The position numbers and the translations under genes were made by a program. From positions 32,001 to 96,000 of the forward strand of contig JAWLHY010000016.1 of the NCBI GenBank assembly GCA_041690135.1: a DNA stretch of 64,000 bases, read 5' to 3'. The notes beneath the pieces were generated by a model. The model ran no database searches. It was not told where the DNA came from and worked only from the letters and a program-made list of their open reading frames with translations. This stretch comes from Armatimonadota bacterium. Lineage in GTDB: Bacteria > Armatimonadota > SYMT01. Position 1 is the first letter of the stretch; each line of letters begins with the position of its first letter. Positions 37,660 to 48,689 of the stretch are shown piece by piece.

Positions 37660-38892
37660 CTACTTTTTGCCGATGGCGTAGAGGTGGTTGACACCGCGAA
37701 GGAAGAGCTGGCCCTGGCTGACGACGGGGGAAGCGTAGGTTTCTTCTCCCAGAGGATTCTCCGCCAGCTTTTCGAAGGTTTTTCCCGGCCGAACGACGGT
37801 GGTGACCCCCTTGTCCGACTGTACATACAACAGGCCGTCTGCGAGGATCGGGGAGGCGCTGGTGTGGCCCGCGGTGCGCTCGTTCCAGAGCTGCTCGCCG
37901 GTGTCGGCCAGCCAGCAGCCCAGGAAACCGCCGTCCGACACGTTCAGGAAGTAGGGCCCCGTCACAATCGGAGAGGGCACGTAGCCGGCGCCGCGGCGAG
38001 TGCGCCAGGCGATGTGCTCGTCCGCGATCTTCCCTTTCCCGTCCGGGCGGATCGCCACGATGTGGAGCTCCGGATAGCCGGCGGTGATGAACAGGAGCTT
38101 GCCGTTGTAGACTGGCGCGGCGACGAACTGTTCCGTGGGGCCGTCCATGATCCACTGGAGCGCGCCGTTTTCGGGGTTGTAGCTTGCCACGCACATGCTG
38201 CCGGTGAGCATCATGTGCGGCTCGCCGTTGATCTCGCGGATGATGGGAGTGCAGTAACTGCGGGTGTTGTTGGGGCGCTGGATCTTCCAGAGGGTCTTGC
38301 CGGTCTTGCGGTCGAGCGCGACGATGAACCCCGCGCCGTCGTGATCGCCGTTCACGATGATCCGGTCCTTGTAGAGGATCGGATTGCTGGAATAGCCGTG
38401 CTTGCTGGAGAACGGTCCGGGGCGCACTTCCCAGACTCGGTTTCCGGTGAAGTCGTAGGCCGCCACGTACATCCGGTCGCGGTCGAGGAAGGTCACGTAG
38501 ACCCGCTCGCCGTCGGTCAGAGGCGTGCTCGAGGCGTAGCTGTTGAGGCGGTGGATCTGCTCCAACGGCGACTTGAGGACCGTCCGCTGCCACAACGTCT
38601 TGCCGGTGCGGCGGTCCAGGCAAAGCAGGAGCCGCTCTTCCTTCTCTTCCAGCGCCGAGACGAGGAAGATGCGATCGCCCCACACCACGGGCGAGGCGTG
38701 ACCGCGACCCGGAATCGGCACCTTCCAGGCTACGTTTTCCGTGCCGCTCCACCGGATGGGCAGGCCCTTCTCCAGGCTCGTGCCATCCCCGCGGGGACCC
38801 CGGAAACCGGGCCAGTTTTCCGCCTGGGCAGCGGACACGCCCAGTGTCGTCATGGACAGCAGGGCCAGCAAGCCTCTCCGGGTGCAGTTCAC
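37660..38892 (-). CDS. PQQ-binding-like beta-propeller protein, secreted
   Basis: AENWPGFRGP, WSGTENVAWK.PIPG.GHASPVVWG, repeated LDxxTGKxxW. Confidence 0.9.
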   Translation of the reverse strand: MNCTRRGLLALLSMTTLGVSAAQAENWPGFRGPRGDGTSLEKGLPIRWSGTENVAWKVPIPGRGHASPVVWGDRIFLVSALEEKEERLLLCLDRRTGKTLWQRTVLKSPLEQIHRLNSYASSTPLTDGERVYVTFLDRDRMYVAAYDFTGNRVWEVRPGPFSSKHGYSSNPILYKDRIIVNGDHDGAGFIVALDRKTGKTLWKIQRPNNTRSYCTPIIREINGEPHMMLTGSMCVASYNPENGALQWIMDGPTEQFVAAPVYNGKLLFITAGYPELHIVAIRPDGKGKIADEHIAWRTRRGAGYVPSPIVTGPYFLNVSDGGFLGCWLADTGEQLWNERTAGHTSASPILADGLLYVQSDKGVTTVVRPGKTFEKLAENPLGEETYASPVVSQGQLFLRGVNHLYAIGKK

Positions 38893-38956
38893 AGGGGTTC
38901 TCCTCTCCGCGCTCGTCTACCGGCATGGCGTTACGGCATACCCGGCGAGCTTCCCT

Positions 38957-40012
38957 TCATGAAGATTGGGAGCGAGATCCCATCAGTTGTTCGATATCTG
39001 AAACTAATTGGTGGACATCTTCCGGCTGGGTGTCCCAGCAGCACATGAGCCGGCAGCCGCCCTGGCCGATGAAGGTGTAGAACTTCCAGCCGGCTTCCGC
39101 CAGCGCCTGGGCGACCCGGGGAGGGAGTTGTACGAAGACGGAGTTGGCCTCCCGGGGGAAGAGCAGGCGAACCTCCGGCAAGCACCGCAGGCCCTGCTCC
39201 AGGAGCGCGGCCATGGCGTTAGCGTGCTCCGCATATTTCAGCCAGGCGCCGCTCTCCAACATGCCGACCCAGGGGGCGGAGAGGAAGCGCATCTTCGAGG
39301 CGAGCTGTCCCGCCTGCTTGCAGCGGTACTCGAACTCGTAAGCGAGATCCCGGTTGAAGAAGACGACGGCCTCGCCCAGTCCCGCCCCATTCTTGGTGCC
39401 GCCGAAAGAGAGCACTTCCACCCCCGCCTCCCAGGTGATCTCGCGCGGGGCGACCCCCAGCGATGCCATGGCATTTGCCAGGCGGGCGCCGTCCATGTGC
39501 AGGCGCAGGCCCAGGCTCCGCACCCGGTCGGAGATCTCGCGGATCTCCTCCGGACGATAGACGGTGCCCAGTTCCGTCGCCTGTGTGAGGCTGACGACCT
39601 TCGGCTTGGGGTAGTGGATATCGGTTCGGCGCTTCACCTGCCGCTCGATCGCTTCCGGGTCGATCTTGCCGTCGTCACCGGAGAGGAGCAGGATCTTGGT
39701 GCCGTTGGAGAAGAACTCCGGCGCGCCGCACTCATCCGTTTCCACGTGCGCGGTCTCGTGGCAAAGGATGCTGTGGTAGCTCTGGCACATCGCGGAGAGG
39801 GCCAGGGAGTTGGCGGCCGTGCCGTTGAAGACGAAGAAGACTTCGCACGGGGTCTCGAACAGGTCACGGATCAGCTCGGAAGCGCGCGCGGTCCAGGGGT
39901 CGTCGCCGTAGGAGGGAACGTGCCGCTGGTTGGCCTCTTCCATGGCCCGCCACGCTTCGGGGCAAATCCCGGCGTAGTTGTCGCTGGCAAACTGTCGGAT
40001 ACGTTCGAGCAT
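38957..40012 (-). CDS. Low-specificity L-threonine aldolase
   Basis: FASDNYAG, YGDD, FNGTAANSL, DECGAPEFF, HMDGAR, SFGGTKNG. Confidence 0.9.
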   Translation of the reverse strand: MLERIRQFASDNYAGICPEAWRAMEEANQRHVPSYGDDPWTARASELIRDLFETPCEVFFVFNGTAANSLALSAMCQSYHSILCHETAHVETDECGAPEFFSNGTKILLLSGDDGKIDPEAIERQVKRRTDIHYPKPKVVSLTQATELGTVYRPEEIREISDRVRSLGLRLHMDGARLANAMASLGVAPREITWEAGVEVLSFGGTKNGAGLGEAVVFFNRDLAYEFEYRCKQAGQLASKMRFLSAPWVGMLESGAWLKYAEHANAMAALLEQGLRCLPEVRLLFPREANSVFVQLPPRVAQALAEAGWKFYTFIGQGGCRLMCCWDTQPEDVHQLVSDIEQLMGSRSQSS

Positions 40013-40202
40013 TCGGAGCCTCCCCCATCCGGCGAGGGTTTCCCGGACGGCCTTTCCAGTATAGCCTATACTCGGCACCAAGCCCGAGCCGGGGCACGAC
40101 CCCGGGAAGGATTTGCGGGACCGCCAGCGTCAAAGTCTTTCGGTGATCACGCCGGAGTGATGAGCTTTCCGGCATTCTTTGCTTCCGAGGAACAACCGTC
40201 TT

Positions 40203-41240
40203 ATGAGCCAGAGTCCATCCGGCGGGCCAGTGGGGGGTGATGCCCCGTCGCCGCTCCTGTTTATGAACACCCTCAACGCGTTCCATGGCACGGCCGCGCT
40301 GAAAGCGGCCGTGGAGCTGGATCTGTTTACGGCGCTTGGTGAAGGCTGTGCCTCGCCCGCCGAGATCGGCACGCGCTGTAACGCCGCGGAGCGCGGGGTG
40401 CGCATCCTTTGCGACTATCTCACGATCCTCGGCTTTCTCACCAAGACCGACGGCCGGTATCAGTTGACGCGGGATTCGGGCGTCTTCCTGGACCGCCGCT
40501 CCCCGGCGTACATGGGCGGCGTGGTCCAGTTTTTGCTCTCACCCACCATTGTGGAGAGCTTCGCCAACCTGACCGAGGCGGTGCGGCGGGGCGGGACGGC
40601 GACTTCCGCGGAAGGGACCATGGAAGCGGAGCATCCGGTGTGGGTGGACTTCGCCCGCGCGATGATGCCGATGATGGCCCGGCCGGCCCAGGAGATCCCG
40701 AGTCTTCTCGGTCTCGATCCGGAGCGGAAAATCCGGGTCCTGGATCTGGCCGCGGGACACGGCTTGTTCGGCCTGGCCTTCGCCCAGCAGTTCCCGAATG
40801 CGGAAGTGACGGCGGTGGATTGGGCGCCGGTACTGGCGGTGGCGGAAGAGAATGCCCGAGTCGCCGGGGTGGCCGACCGTTTCCGCTCGCTGCCCGGAAG
40901 TGCATTCGACGTCGAGTACGGTGAGGGGTATGACGTGGTACTCCTTACCAATTTCCTGCACCACTTCGATCCGGCGACCTGCGAGAGCCTGTTGCGGAAG
41001 GTGCATGCCGCCCTGGCGGAAGGCGGACGGGCGGTCACGCTGGAGTTCGTGCCAAACGAAGATCGGGTGAGCCCGCCCGGACCGGCGACCTTCAGCCTGG
41101 TGATGCTGGCCTCCACGGCGCGCGGCGACGCCTACACCTTCGGCGAATACGACGCGATGTTCCGCAACGCCGGCTTCAGCCGGAACGAGAGTCGTCCCCT
41201 GCAGTCCAGCATCGAACAGGTCGTGATCTCCCATAGGTAG
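40203..41240 (+). CDS. O-methyltransferase-type class I SAM methyltransferase with dimerisation domain
   Basis: [25 protein letters not shown]. Confidence 0.9.
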   Translation: MSQSPSGGPVGGDAPSPLLFMNTLNAFHGTAALKAAVELDLFTALGEGCASPAEIGTRCNAAERGVRILCDYLTILGFLTKTDGRYQLTRDSGVFLDRRSPAYMGGVVQFLLSPTIVESFANLTEAVRRGGTATSAEGTMEAEHPVWVDFARAMMPMMARPAQEIPSLLGLDPERKIRVLDLAAGHGLFGLAFAQQFPNAEVTAVDWAPVLAVAEENARVAGVADRFRSLPGSAFDVEYGEGYDVVLLTNFLHHFDPATCESLLRKVHAALAEGGRAVTLEFVPNEDRVSPPGPATFSLVMLASTARGDAYTFGEYDAMFRNAGFSRNESRPLQSSIEQVVISHR

Positions 41241-41244
41241 CCCC

Positions 41245-42015
41245 ATGCCCTACCCACACCGGTTCGCTCAACTGTACAACTGGCTGGTCCACGGGCAATC
41301 CCAACCCGGAGCGGATGACGAACTGGCATTCCTGGCGCGCGTGTTCGCAGAGGACGCACGCCGCCCGGTGCGGGAAGTGCTCGACGTGGGGTGTGGACAG
41401 GGCCGCATCCTCGTACCCCTGCTCCGGCAGGGGTACGAGGTGACCGGTCTCGACCAGAGCCCGGGCATGCTCGCAGCCTGCCGCCGACACCTCGAACGGG
41501 AGGGCCTCCAGGGGGAGGTCTGCGAAGGAAGCATGGAGACCCTGGAAGCGGAGGAAGCCTACGACGCCATCCTCGGAATCGACTCGGTCATCTGCTACCT
41601 GCGGGAGAGTGCCGCCATCGTGGAGGTGCTCCGCCGGTTCCACCGGGCGCTCCGTCCTGGCGGCGTGCTGGTCCTGGATAACTGGAACGCGTTGGGCAAC
41701 TGGCGTCTCCTCGGCGTTCCCCAGCGCTACCAGTTTGAGGAGGCCGCGTTCTCCATGGAGCTGGAAGAGCGCTGCCGGTTCGATAGCGTCGCTTCCCTGT
41801 GGGAGATCGAGTTCCGGGCGACGGTGCGGGAAGGGGCGGCGCCGGAGGAGTTCCACCACGTCGAAACCCTGCACGTGATGACGGTTTCGGAGCTGGTCCA
41901 TTATCTCCAGCAGGCAGGGTTCGCGGCAGTTCGCACGTATACGGATTACATAGATGAACCCAGCGAGGGAGATCCGGAGCAAATCCAGTTCGTGGCACAG
42001 CGCGAAACGGAGTAG
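41245..42015 (+). CDS. Class I SAM-dependent methyltransferase
   Basis: VLDVGCGQGR, GLDQSPGML, ALRPGGVLVLD. Confidence 0.9.
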   Translation: MPYPHRFAQLYNWLVHGQSQPGADDELAFLARVFAEDARRPVREVLDVGCGQGRILVPLLRQGYEVTGLDQSPGMLAACRRHLEREGLQGEVCEGSMETLEAEEAYDAILGIDSVICYLRESAAIVEVLRRFHRALRPGGVLVLDNWNALGNWRLLGVPQRYQFEEAAFSMELEERCRFDSVASLWEIEFRATVREGAAPEEFHHVETLHVMTVSELVHYLQQAGFAAVRTYTDYIDEPSEGDPEQIQFVAQRETE

Positions 42016-42041
42016 CGGCCGCCAAGGCTCCGACGATGCCC

Positions 42042-42530
42042 TTATGCCGCCTCGCAGGGGCTGGGCGGCATCTCACGGCAGGCGCGATGCGTAGCCGTGG
42101 AGCGGTTAGGGTGGCAGCAGTCCGCAATGACTTCCATGAGGAGCCGCAGATGCAGCGGCTTCGGGAAAAAGGCCACAGCTTTGAGGACCGGACGCGGATG
42201 CTCGTCCCAGGGAACCGCGGATATCACCAGCACCGGAATGGACGCCCAGTCCGGATTCTCCAACTGATGTGTCTGGAATGTCCAGCCGTCCATTACCGGC
42301 ATCACGAGATCCAACAGGATCAGGTCCGGCCGGGGACCACTCCGCAGGTAGTCGAGCGCGGACTCGCCATGACGCACCGGAACGACCTCGTATCCCTTGT
42401 GGACCAGCAGTTCCGCCAGGGCCTCGCGGATGCCGTCATCATCTTCCACCAGTAATATGCGAGCCCCAGCGTGGGGCGCCGGACGCAACCGCTCGTCTTG
42501 CACAGTCACCCGACCTACTCCCCATTGCAT
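42042..42530 (-). CDS. Single-domain response regulator (receiver)
   Basis: ILLVEDD, PDLILLDLVMPVMDG, IPVLVISA, FPKP; start uncertain. Confidence 0.85.
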   Translation of the reverse strand: MQWGVGRVTVQDERLRPAPHAGARILLVEDDDGIREALAELLVHKGYEVVPVRHGESALDYLRSGPRPDLILLDLVMPVMDGWTFQTHQLENPDWASIPVLVISAVPWDEHPRPVLKAVAFFPKPLHLRLLMEVIADCCHPNRSTATHRACREMPPSPCEAA

Positions 42531-42684
42531 CCAAGCCTGCGGGGCCACAATGGGCCCGCAGGCTTGGACAAAGCGAGCAATCCAGGGAGTCGTTGGGCGC
42601 GGTGCGGGCGTCCTTCCTGCCGGTTGAAGGGGAGATTCGTCCCGATAAGGACATTTAGAGCGGGACAAATCTCCCTTGCACGCG

Positions 42685-44157
42685 TTACGCCACGATCTTC
42701 TCGATCACCTTCCCACCGAAATCGGTGAGACGCTCGTTCCGTCCGTTGTGGAGGACGGTCAGGCGAAGATGGTCGAGGCCCAGCAGGTGAAGCATGGTGG
42801 CATGGATATCGCGAGGATGAACCGGGTCTTCCACCGCGCGATAGCCGATCTCGTCGGTGGCGCCGAACACCGTTCCCCCTTTGATCCCGCCGCCGGCCAT
42901 CCACATGGTGAAGCCGTAGGGGTTATGGTCGCGACCCTTGCCATTTTGTGTAACGGGGGTTCGGCCGAACTCCCCGCCCCAAACCACGAGCGTGCTATCC
43001 AGCAGCCCCCGCCGCTTCAAATCCTTCAGCAAAGCGGCAATGGGCTTGTCGGTCCAGCGACACATCCTCTCGTGGTTCTCCACCATGTTGTCGTGCGCGT
43101 CCCACTGCGCGCTCAGCGGGCCACCGCCGGAGTATAGCTGCACGAACCGCACCCCCCGCTCGACCAGCCGCCGTGCAAGGAGACAGCGCGTGCCGAACTC
43201 CGCAGTGGAAGCGTGGTCGAGCCCGTAGTGAGAGCGGGTCTCCGGGGTTTCTTTGGTGATGTCTACTGCTTCCGGGGCGTGCTGCTGCATCCGGTACGCC
43301 AGCTCGTACGCCGCGATGCGGGCCGAAAGCTCGGTCCCCCCATCGTCGGCCGCCATCCCGTTGACCTCGCGAAGGTAATCGAAGATACGACGCTGCTGCC
43401 TCTCGGTGATGTCGGCGGGAGGCTTGAGATGGAGAATGGGTGCGCTGCCGTTGCGGAGCACCGTTCCCTGGTACACAGCCGGGAGATAAGCCGACTCCCA
43501 CATCGGCGCACCTCCTTCGGGAAGTCCCTGCGGCTGGGTGAGCACGCAATAGGCCGGCAGGTTCTGGCTCACGGTACCGAGCCCATACGTTACCCAGCTT
43601 CCCAGAGAGGGGTGCCCGGCCAGGGTGCGTCCGGACATCATCTGGTACATCGCCGGGGCGTGGACGAAGCTCTCGCTGTGCACCGACCGGATGATGGCCA
43701 TATCGTCGACGCATTCGGAGAGATTGGGATAGAGATCGGACACCTCGATGCCGGACTTGCCATACTTGCGGAACTTCCACTGGCTCCGCATGAGGGGGGT
43801 CCCGGCCTTGATGAACTGGCTCTTGATCTCTCCGAAGCTGGAAGGGAGCTGCTGGCCGTCCAGGCGGTCCAACTCCGGCTTGGGGTCGAACGTCTCGATG
43901 TGGCTCGGCCCCCCCACCATAAACAGGAAGATCACCGCCTTCGCCCTGGGCTTGAAGTGGGGATCCCGCGGCGCCAGCGCGTTGAGGGTGGGAGCGGCTC
44001 CCCCACCTGCTCCAGCTGCCTCCTCCGCCAGCAATGCCGAGAGAGCGAGCGCGCCGAAGCCGCCACCGGCCCGAAAGAGCAGGTCGCGGCGCGTGCCGAC
44101 CGTCGGGAGGTGCGGGGTCTTGCTCACCATATGTGCTCTATCTTCCATCTCATTCAA
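42685..44157 (-). CDS. DUF1501 domain protein
   Basis: [65 protein letters not shown]. Confidence 0.92.
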   Translation of the reverse strand: MNEMEDRAHMVSKTPHLPTVGTRRDLLFRAGGGFGALALSALLAEEAAGAGGGAAPTLNALAPRDPHFKPRAKAVIFLFMVGGPSHIETFDPKPELDRLDGQQLPSSFGEIKSQFIKAGTPLMRSQWKFRKYGKSGIEVSDLYPNLSECVDDMAIIRSVHSESFVHAPAMYQMMSGRTLAGHPSLGSWVTYGLGTVSQNLPAYCVLTQPQGLPEGGAPMWESAYLPAVYQGTVLRNGSAPILHLKPPADITERQQRRIFDYLREVNGMAADDGGTELSARIAAYELAYRMQQHAPEAVDITKETPETRSHYGLDHASTAEFGTRCLLARRLVERGVRFVQLYSGGGPLSAQWDAHDNMVENHERMCRWTDKPIAALLKDLKRRGLLDSTLVVWGGEFGRTPVTQNGKGRDHNPYGFTMWMAGGGIKGGTVFGATDEIGYRAVEDPVHPRDIHATMLHLLGLDHLRLTVLHNGRNERLTDFGGKVIEKIVA

Positions 44158-44238
44158 TTCTTCCGCCCCAGAGTGGGCGTAACCTCAACCAGTTGGCCGC
44201 AATCAATAACTCCTGCCCGCAGGGAGGCTTCAAGCTCT

Positions 44239-44404
44239 GAGGGGCGCGTGCAAGTGACTGGACAGGTACGGATCCCCACAGGGGCCGACACCCGCTCCCG
44301 CGGGTACCCGGCGCCGTCACTCCGGCAAGGCTTGCAGACCTGAGTGGAGAATCAGGCTCGTGCCCAGTGGTCGAAATCTGTTCAGTTACTTCCCCCATCC
44401 CCTC
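44239..44404. mobile_element. Intergenic copy of the ~165-bp MITE/REPIN-like element
   Basis: Terminal inverted repeats GAGGGGCGCGTGCAAGTGACTGGACAG / CTGTTCAGTTACTTCCCCCATCCCCTC; 52-bp core identical to 24924-24975. Confidence 0.8.
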
Positions 44405-44407
44405 GGC

Positions 44408-44442
44408 CTTCAACTTTGAACTTTCAACTTTGAACCTTCAAC
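44408..44442 (+). repeat. Heptamer simple repeat
   Basis: CTTCAAC TTTGAAC TTTCAAC TTTGAAC CTTCAAC abutting the PSD1 stop codon. Confidence 0.75.
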
Positions 44443-47250
44443 TCACCTCACGTACACGAACTCGTTGAGGTTGAGGACCGCCAGCGACAGGTCGGCCCAG
44501 GCCGCGGCTTCCACAGGGTCTATCTCCGTGGGTATTCCGTCCAGCCGGGCAATGGCAGCGCCGCGCTTCCGTCGCTCGCGCAAGATCTGCGCCTGGTCCG
44601 CAAGGAAACGCTCCGTGGCCGCTAATTCGCGAGGCTGGGGAGGGCGCGCCAGGGTGAGGGTGTAGAGGCGTTCAATCCGCCCACGGACATCGCCAGGTTC
44701 TTCTGTCAACACCCGGCGGGCCAGCGCCCGACTCTGGGCAGTCATGAACTCGCCGTTCATCAGGGTCAACGCCTGCAGCGCGTGGACGCTCTGGCCGCGC
44801 GCGCCGCACGAGCTCATCATGTCCGGAGCGTCGAACACCGCCAGCATCGGCAGCCGGACGTTCCGTTTCCGCAGCAGATAGAGGCTGCGACGCCGGTGCT
44901 GGTCTTCATCCGGCGTGACGGGCCACAGGTTGTCCGGCTCCCCCTCCGTGAAGATCTGGGCGTAGACCTCCGGCTCCAGCGGCACCCGGACCGCCGGGCC
45001 GCCCATGTCCGGGTTGAGCGTGCCCGCGGTGTGCAGGACCGCGTCGCGGATCGCCTCTCCGTCCAGCCGCCGCCGGTTCATACGCCAGAGCCACCGGTTA
45101 TCCGGATCGATCTCCGCCTTCTGCGGGTGGGAAGCGCTTGCCTGTTTGTAGGTGTTGCTGGTGACTAGCAGGTAGTGTAGCTTCTTGAGGGACCAACCCA
45201 TGCCTTCGGCGGGGCTGGGGGTTGGGGGCTTGGGGCTGGCCTGGATGAAGGATGAAGGATGAAGGATGAAGGATGAACCCGTGTACCCGGCGGTGGCAGC
45301 GGCAAACGGGGCCTTCACTCCCTTGTCCCCTTCCCCCTCGCCCCCTTGCGTTAAGTTGACCGTACCCGCGTTGGTGAACACGGATGCCAGATAGTCTAGC
45401 AACTCCGGATGGGTGGGCTTTTCGCCGTGGCGGCCGAAATCGTTGGGGGTGCCGACGAGACCGCGGCCGAAGTGATGCTGCCAGACGCGGTTGACGAGGA
45501 CGCGGGCCGTGAGGGGGTGGTCGGGACGAGTCAGCCAGGCAGCCAGTTGGGTACGGCGGCCTTCCTGTGCCGCACCGGCAGCCGTGGGGACGATTACGGC
45601 CGGGGTTCCCATGCCCGCGACCAGGGCCGTGGGAAAGCCCGGGTCCACTTTGGGGCCGGGAGTATGGAGATCCCCGCGGAGCAGCACGTGCGTGGGCGGC
45701 ACGGGGGAAAGCGTCTCCCCCACGCCCGGCGCCATTGGCAGCGGGGCCGGCGCATGGAGGTTCAGCGTGTGCATCTGCTTGCGAAGGTCCGCACGTCGCC
45801 GGCGGTCCTCCGGGGTAAGCGCGGCGACCAACTCATCCCAGGCGATGCCGAGCATCTTCTGGGCGTCGGTCGCCAGCCGCTTCTGATCGGCGGTGCGCAT
45901 TTTCTCCGGCGTATCGAGGGCAACTCGGTAAGCCGGCTCCAGTGCCTCGTACTTCAGTTTCCGCAGGCGTTCACGGTAAGGCTTTTCCAGGGCCCCTATC
46001 TCGGCCTGGATGGGACGGAGCCTGGCCTGGTGCGCGCGGACCGCCGCCGCATGCGCCTCCTTCTCCTCCGCCTGGTGCCGTTCGAAGTTCTGGTTGGCGG
46101 TGCCGGCGAAGAAGGCCTGGAGGCGGTAGAAGTCCTTCTGGGGGATCGGATCAAACTTGTGGTCGTGGCAGCGGGCGCAGTTGATTGTCAGTCCGAGGAC
46201 CCCCGCTCCCACGCCGGCCACCGCTTCCGTGAGCCATTCCTGGCGCTGTTCCGCCGGGTTGACGTTGCCGCCAAAGACATGCGCCGGGCCGGCACGGAGG
46301 AAGCCCGTCGCCACCCGGAGATCGAAATTTTCCGGATCGATCTCGTCTCCCGCGATCTGCTCCGTAATGAACCGGTTGTAAGGTTTGTCCTCATTCAGGC
46401 TGCGGACCACGTAGTCCCGATAGCGCCACGCCTGGGGACGGTCCGCATCCCCCTCGAATCCGTTGGTCTCCGCGAACCGGACCACGTCCAGCCAGTGCTG
46501 GGCCCAACGCTCGCCGTATCGAGGCGAATCGAGCAACCGGCGCACCACCCGGTCGTAGGCATCGGGGGCGCGGTCGTCCAGGAAGGCCCGCACCTCTTCC
46601 GGTGTGGGCGGGAGACCCGTCAGATCAAGGGTCAACCGTCGCAACAGCGTGGCGCGGTCGGCCGCCGGGGAGGGGCTGAGACCCTTCTTCTCCATCTCGG
46701 CAAGAACGAAGGCGTCGACCGGGTTCAGGACCCAGTTCCGGTATTTCACCTGCGGCACGGGAGGCTTCCGCGGCGGCACAAAGGACCAGTGTACGGTGCT
46801 CCCGCCTCCCTCCGCCCCCTTGATCCCGGAAGCGGGCCAGGGGGCGCCGGCATCGATCCAGGCGCGCAGGAGGGTGACTTCTGCCGGTGTGAGCGGCGGA
46901 GCACCGAGCGGCATGATCTTGCTGGGATCGCGAGAGGTGACCCGACGGATCAACTCGCTATCGTCACTCTTGCCGGGATGGAGGGCCGGCCCGGATGCGC
47001 CACCTTTGAGGATCGCCGCGCGCGAGTCGAGCCGGAGTTTCCCCTGGGCGCTCCCTTCCGTGTGGCAGGAGAAGCAGCGCGCCTTAAGGAGAGGCAGAAC
47101 CTGCTTCACGACGTCGACCCGCGCGGGGCTCGAAGCCTCGCCGGTCCGCCTCTCGCCATCCTGCGCCGGGGTACCCAGGCTTGCGGCGGAAACCGAGCCG
47201 GTGACCGCTGCCCCGAGTAGAACTATGGTCCAGTTTTTTACCCTACCCAT
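44443..47250 (-). CDS. PSD1 (DUF1553)/DUF1549 and planctomycete cytochrome c domain protein
   Basis: CFSCH and CARCHDHKFDP heme motifs, LLRRLTLDLTGLPP, YGERWAQHWLD, PTHPELLD. Confidence 0.92.
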   Translation of the reverse strand: MGRVKNWTIVLLGAAVTGSVSAASLGTPAQDGERRTGEASSPARVDVVKQVLPLLKARCFSCHTEGSAQGKLRLDSRAAILKGGASGPALHPGKSDDSELIRRVTSRDPSKIMPLGAPPLTPAEVTLLRAWIDAGAPWPASGIKGAEGGGSTVHWSFVPPRKPPVPQVKYRNWVLNPVDAFVLAEMEKKGLSPSPAADRATLLRRLTLDLTGLPPTPEEVRAFLDDRAPDAYDRVVRRLLDSPRYGERWAQHWLDVVRFAETNGFEGDADRPQAWRYRDYVVRSLNEDKPYNRFITEQIAGDEIDPENFDLRVATGFLRAGPAHVFGGNVNPAEQRQEWLTEAVAGVGAGVLGLTINCARCHDHKFDPIPQKDFYRLQAFFAGTANQNFERHQAEEKEAHAAAVRAHQARLRPIQAEIGALEKPYRERLRKLKYEALEPAYRVALDTPEKMRTADQKRLATDAQKMLGIAWDELVAALTPEDRRRRADLRKQMHTLNLHAPAPLPMAPGVGETLSPVPPTHVLLRGDLHTPGPKVDPGFPTALVAGMGTPAVIVPTAAGAAQEGRRTQLAAWLTRPDHPLTARVLVNRVWQHHFGRGLVGTPNDFGRHGEKPTHPELLDYLASVFTNAGTVNLTQGGEGEGDKGVKAPFAAATAGYTGSSFILHPSSFIQASPKPPTPSPAEGMGWSLKKLHYLLVTSNTYKQASASHPQKAEIDPDNRWLWRMNRRRLDGEAIRDAVLHTAGTLNPDMGGPAVRVPLEPEVYAQIFTEGEPDNLWPVTPDEDQHRRRSLYLLRKRNVRLPMLAVFDAPDMMSSCGARGQSVHALQALTLMNGEFMTAQSRALARRVLTEEPGDVRGRIERLYTLTLARPPQPRELAATERFLADQAQILRERRKRGAAIARLDGIPTEIDPVEAAAWADLSLAVLNLNEFVYVR
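45243..45277 (+). repeat. (GGATGAA)5 perfect heptamer repeat inside the PSD1 CDS
   Basis: Five exact units at 45243, 45250, 45257, 45264 and 45271. Confidence 0.95.
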
Positions 47251-47675
47251 CCGGACTCATTTCTCCACACCAATATGGCAATTGTTCGATCCGAAGGCCT
47301 GATGGAACCGCCGGGTGCACGCCCGGCTCTACTCCTGACTGACTACCGATATGCATGCCAGGTGCTACCGCATAATCCGGGTCGGGGACTGCGACCGCGA
47401 CCCTGCCTACCGTCTCCCGTGATGCAATCCGGCTGCGTGGGTCCGATGGGACGCCCACCAAATACCTACCTTTGGACACGGCGCCCTATTGCGGGTTGCC
47501 GCCGGTTCCATTGTTATTCTGCGACGGGTGCCGAAACCGCCTCCCTGCGGGTGCCAATTGCACCTATTGCTGCAACCCGCAGCTTCCGCCATTCGTAACA
47601 AATCACGTATAGCACCGATAAAGATCAGCTATAGGAGAAATCATCTCCCCGGCTGTTACGACGGAACACAAGCTC

Positions 47676-48677
47676 ATGAAGCAGTTTACCGCAATAGTTA
47701 CCGCCTCCCTCGTGGGAGGCATCGGCATCGGCGTGGGCCAGGGCCTCGTCAACTTCCGAGACGTCCCCGTTGCGTGGGCACAGGCGGTCCCGATCCCCAG
47801 CGGCAACCAGGAGCAGACGGTTATCGAGGTGGTCAAGCAGGTACGGCCGGCCGTGGTTAGCGTGAAGCGCCAGGGCGGGTCCGGATCGGGCGTGATCATC
47901 CGCCACGACGGCCTGGTCATCACCAACGCGCACGTGGTAGGCCAGTCGAAAGAGGCGACGGTCAAGCTCGCCAACGGCAAAGAGTACCCGGCGCAGGTGC
48001 TGGGCGTGGACCCGGCCGTGGACGTCGCCGTGCTGAAGGTGTCGGCCACCGGTCTTCCCGTGGCGCCGTTCGCCGATTCGGACCGGCTGGACGTAGGCCA
48101 GACGGCCATCGCCATCGGTAACCCGCTCGGCCTGGAAGGCACCGTCACGACCGGAGTTGTCTCCGCCACAAACCGGCAGCGCAGCCCTGACGATTTCGTG
48201 GAGTTCATCCAGACGGATGCGGCCATCAACCCCGGCAATTCCGGCGGTCCGCTCCTCGACTCGCGCGGCCGGGTGATGGGGATCAACACCTGGATTATCG
48301 GCCGGGCCTCCGGTCTCGGGTTCGCGGTGCCGATCAACGTGGCGCGCGACGTGGCCAAGCAGGTGATGGAAACGGGTACCGTCCGCCGCGCGGTGCTCGG
48401 CATCCTGCCCAGCAGCGTCACTCCCGAGACGGCTGCGCGCCTGAACCAGCCGGTGAAGCGCGGCGCCGCCGTATCCGAAGTCACCAAGGACTCCCCCGCC
48501 GAGCGGGCCGGCCTGAAGACGGAAGACATCATCACCGCCGTGGACGGCGAAGCGGTAACGAGCGCCGGCGACCTCCGCCGTCTGCTCCGCCCGCACAAGC
48601 CGGGCGACGTAGTGACCCTGACGGTCCGCCGCGGCAGCGAGACGCTTTCCCTCAAGGTGAAGCTGGGCGAGGGCTAG
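47676..48677 (+). CDS. HtrA/DegS-like trypsin serine protease with PDZ domain
   Basis: TNAHVV, DVAVLKV, IQTDAAINPGNSGGPL, DSPAERAGL. Confidence 0.93.
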   Translation: MKQFTAIVTASLVGGIGIGVGQGLVNFRDVPVAWAQAVPIPSGNQEQTVIEVVKQVRPAVVSVKRQGGSGSGVIIRHDGLVITNAHVVGQSKEATVKLANGKEYPAQVLGVDPAVDVAVLKVSATGLPVAPFADSDRLDVGQTAIAIGNPLGLEGTVTTGVVSATNRQRSPDDFVEFIQTDAAINPGNSGGPLLDSRGRVMGINTWIIGRASGLGFAVPINVARDVAKQVMETGTVRRAVLGILPSSVTPETAARLNQPVKRGAAVSEVTKDSPAERAGLKTEDIITAVDGEAVTSAGDLRRLLRPHKPGDVVTLTVRRGSETLSLKVKLGEG

Positions 48678-48689
48678 GGCTAGGGATCA

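Noticed and set aside
36482-38926. 814-aa ORF
   Set aside because: The first ~490 codons are an alternate frame of the beta-propeller gene plus REP sequence. Only 36482-37444 looks like protein.
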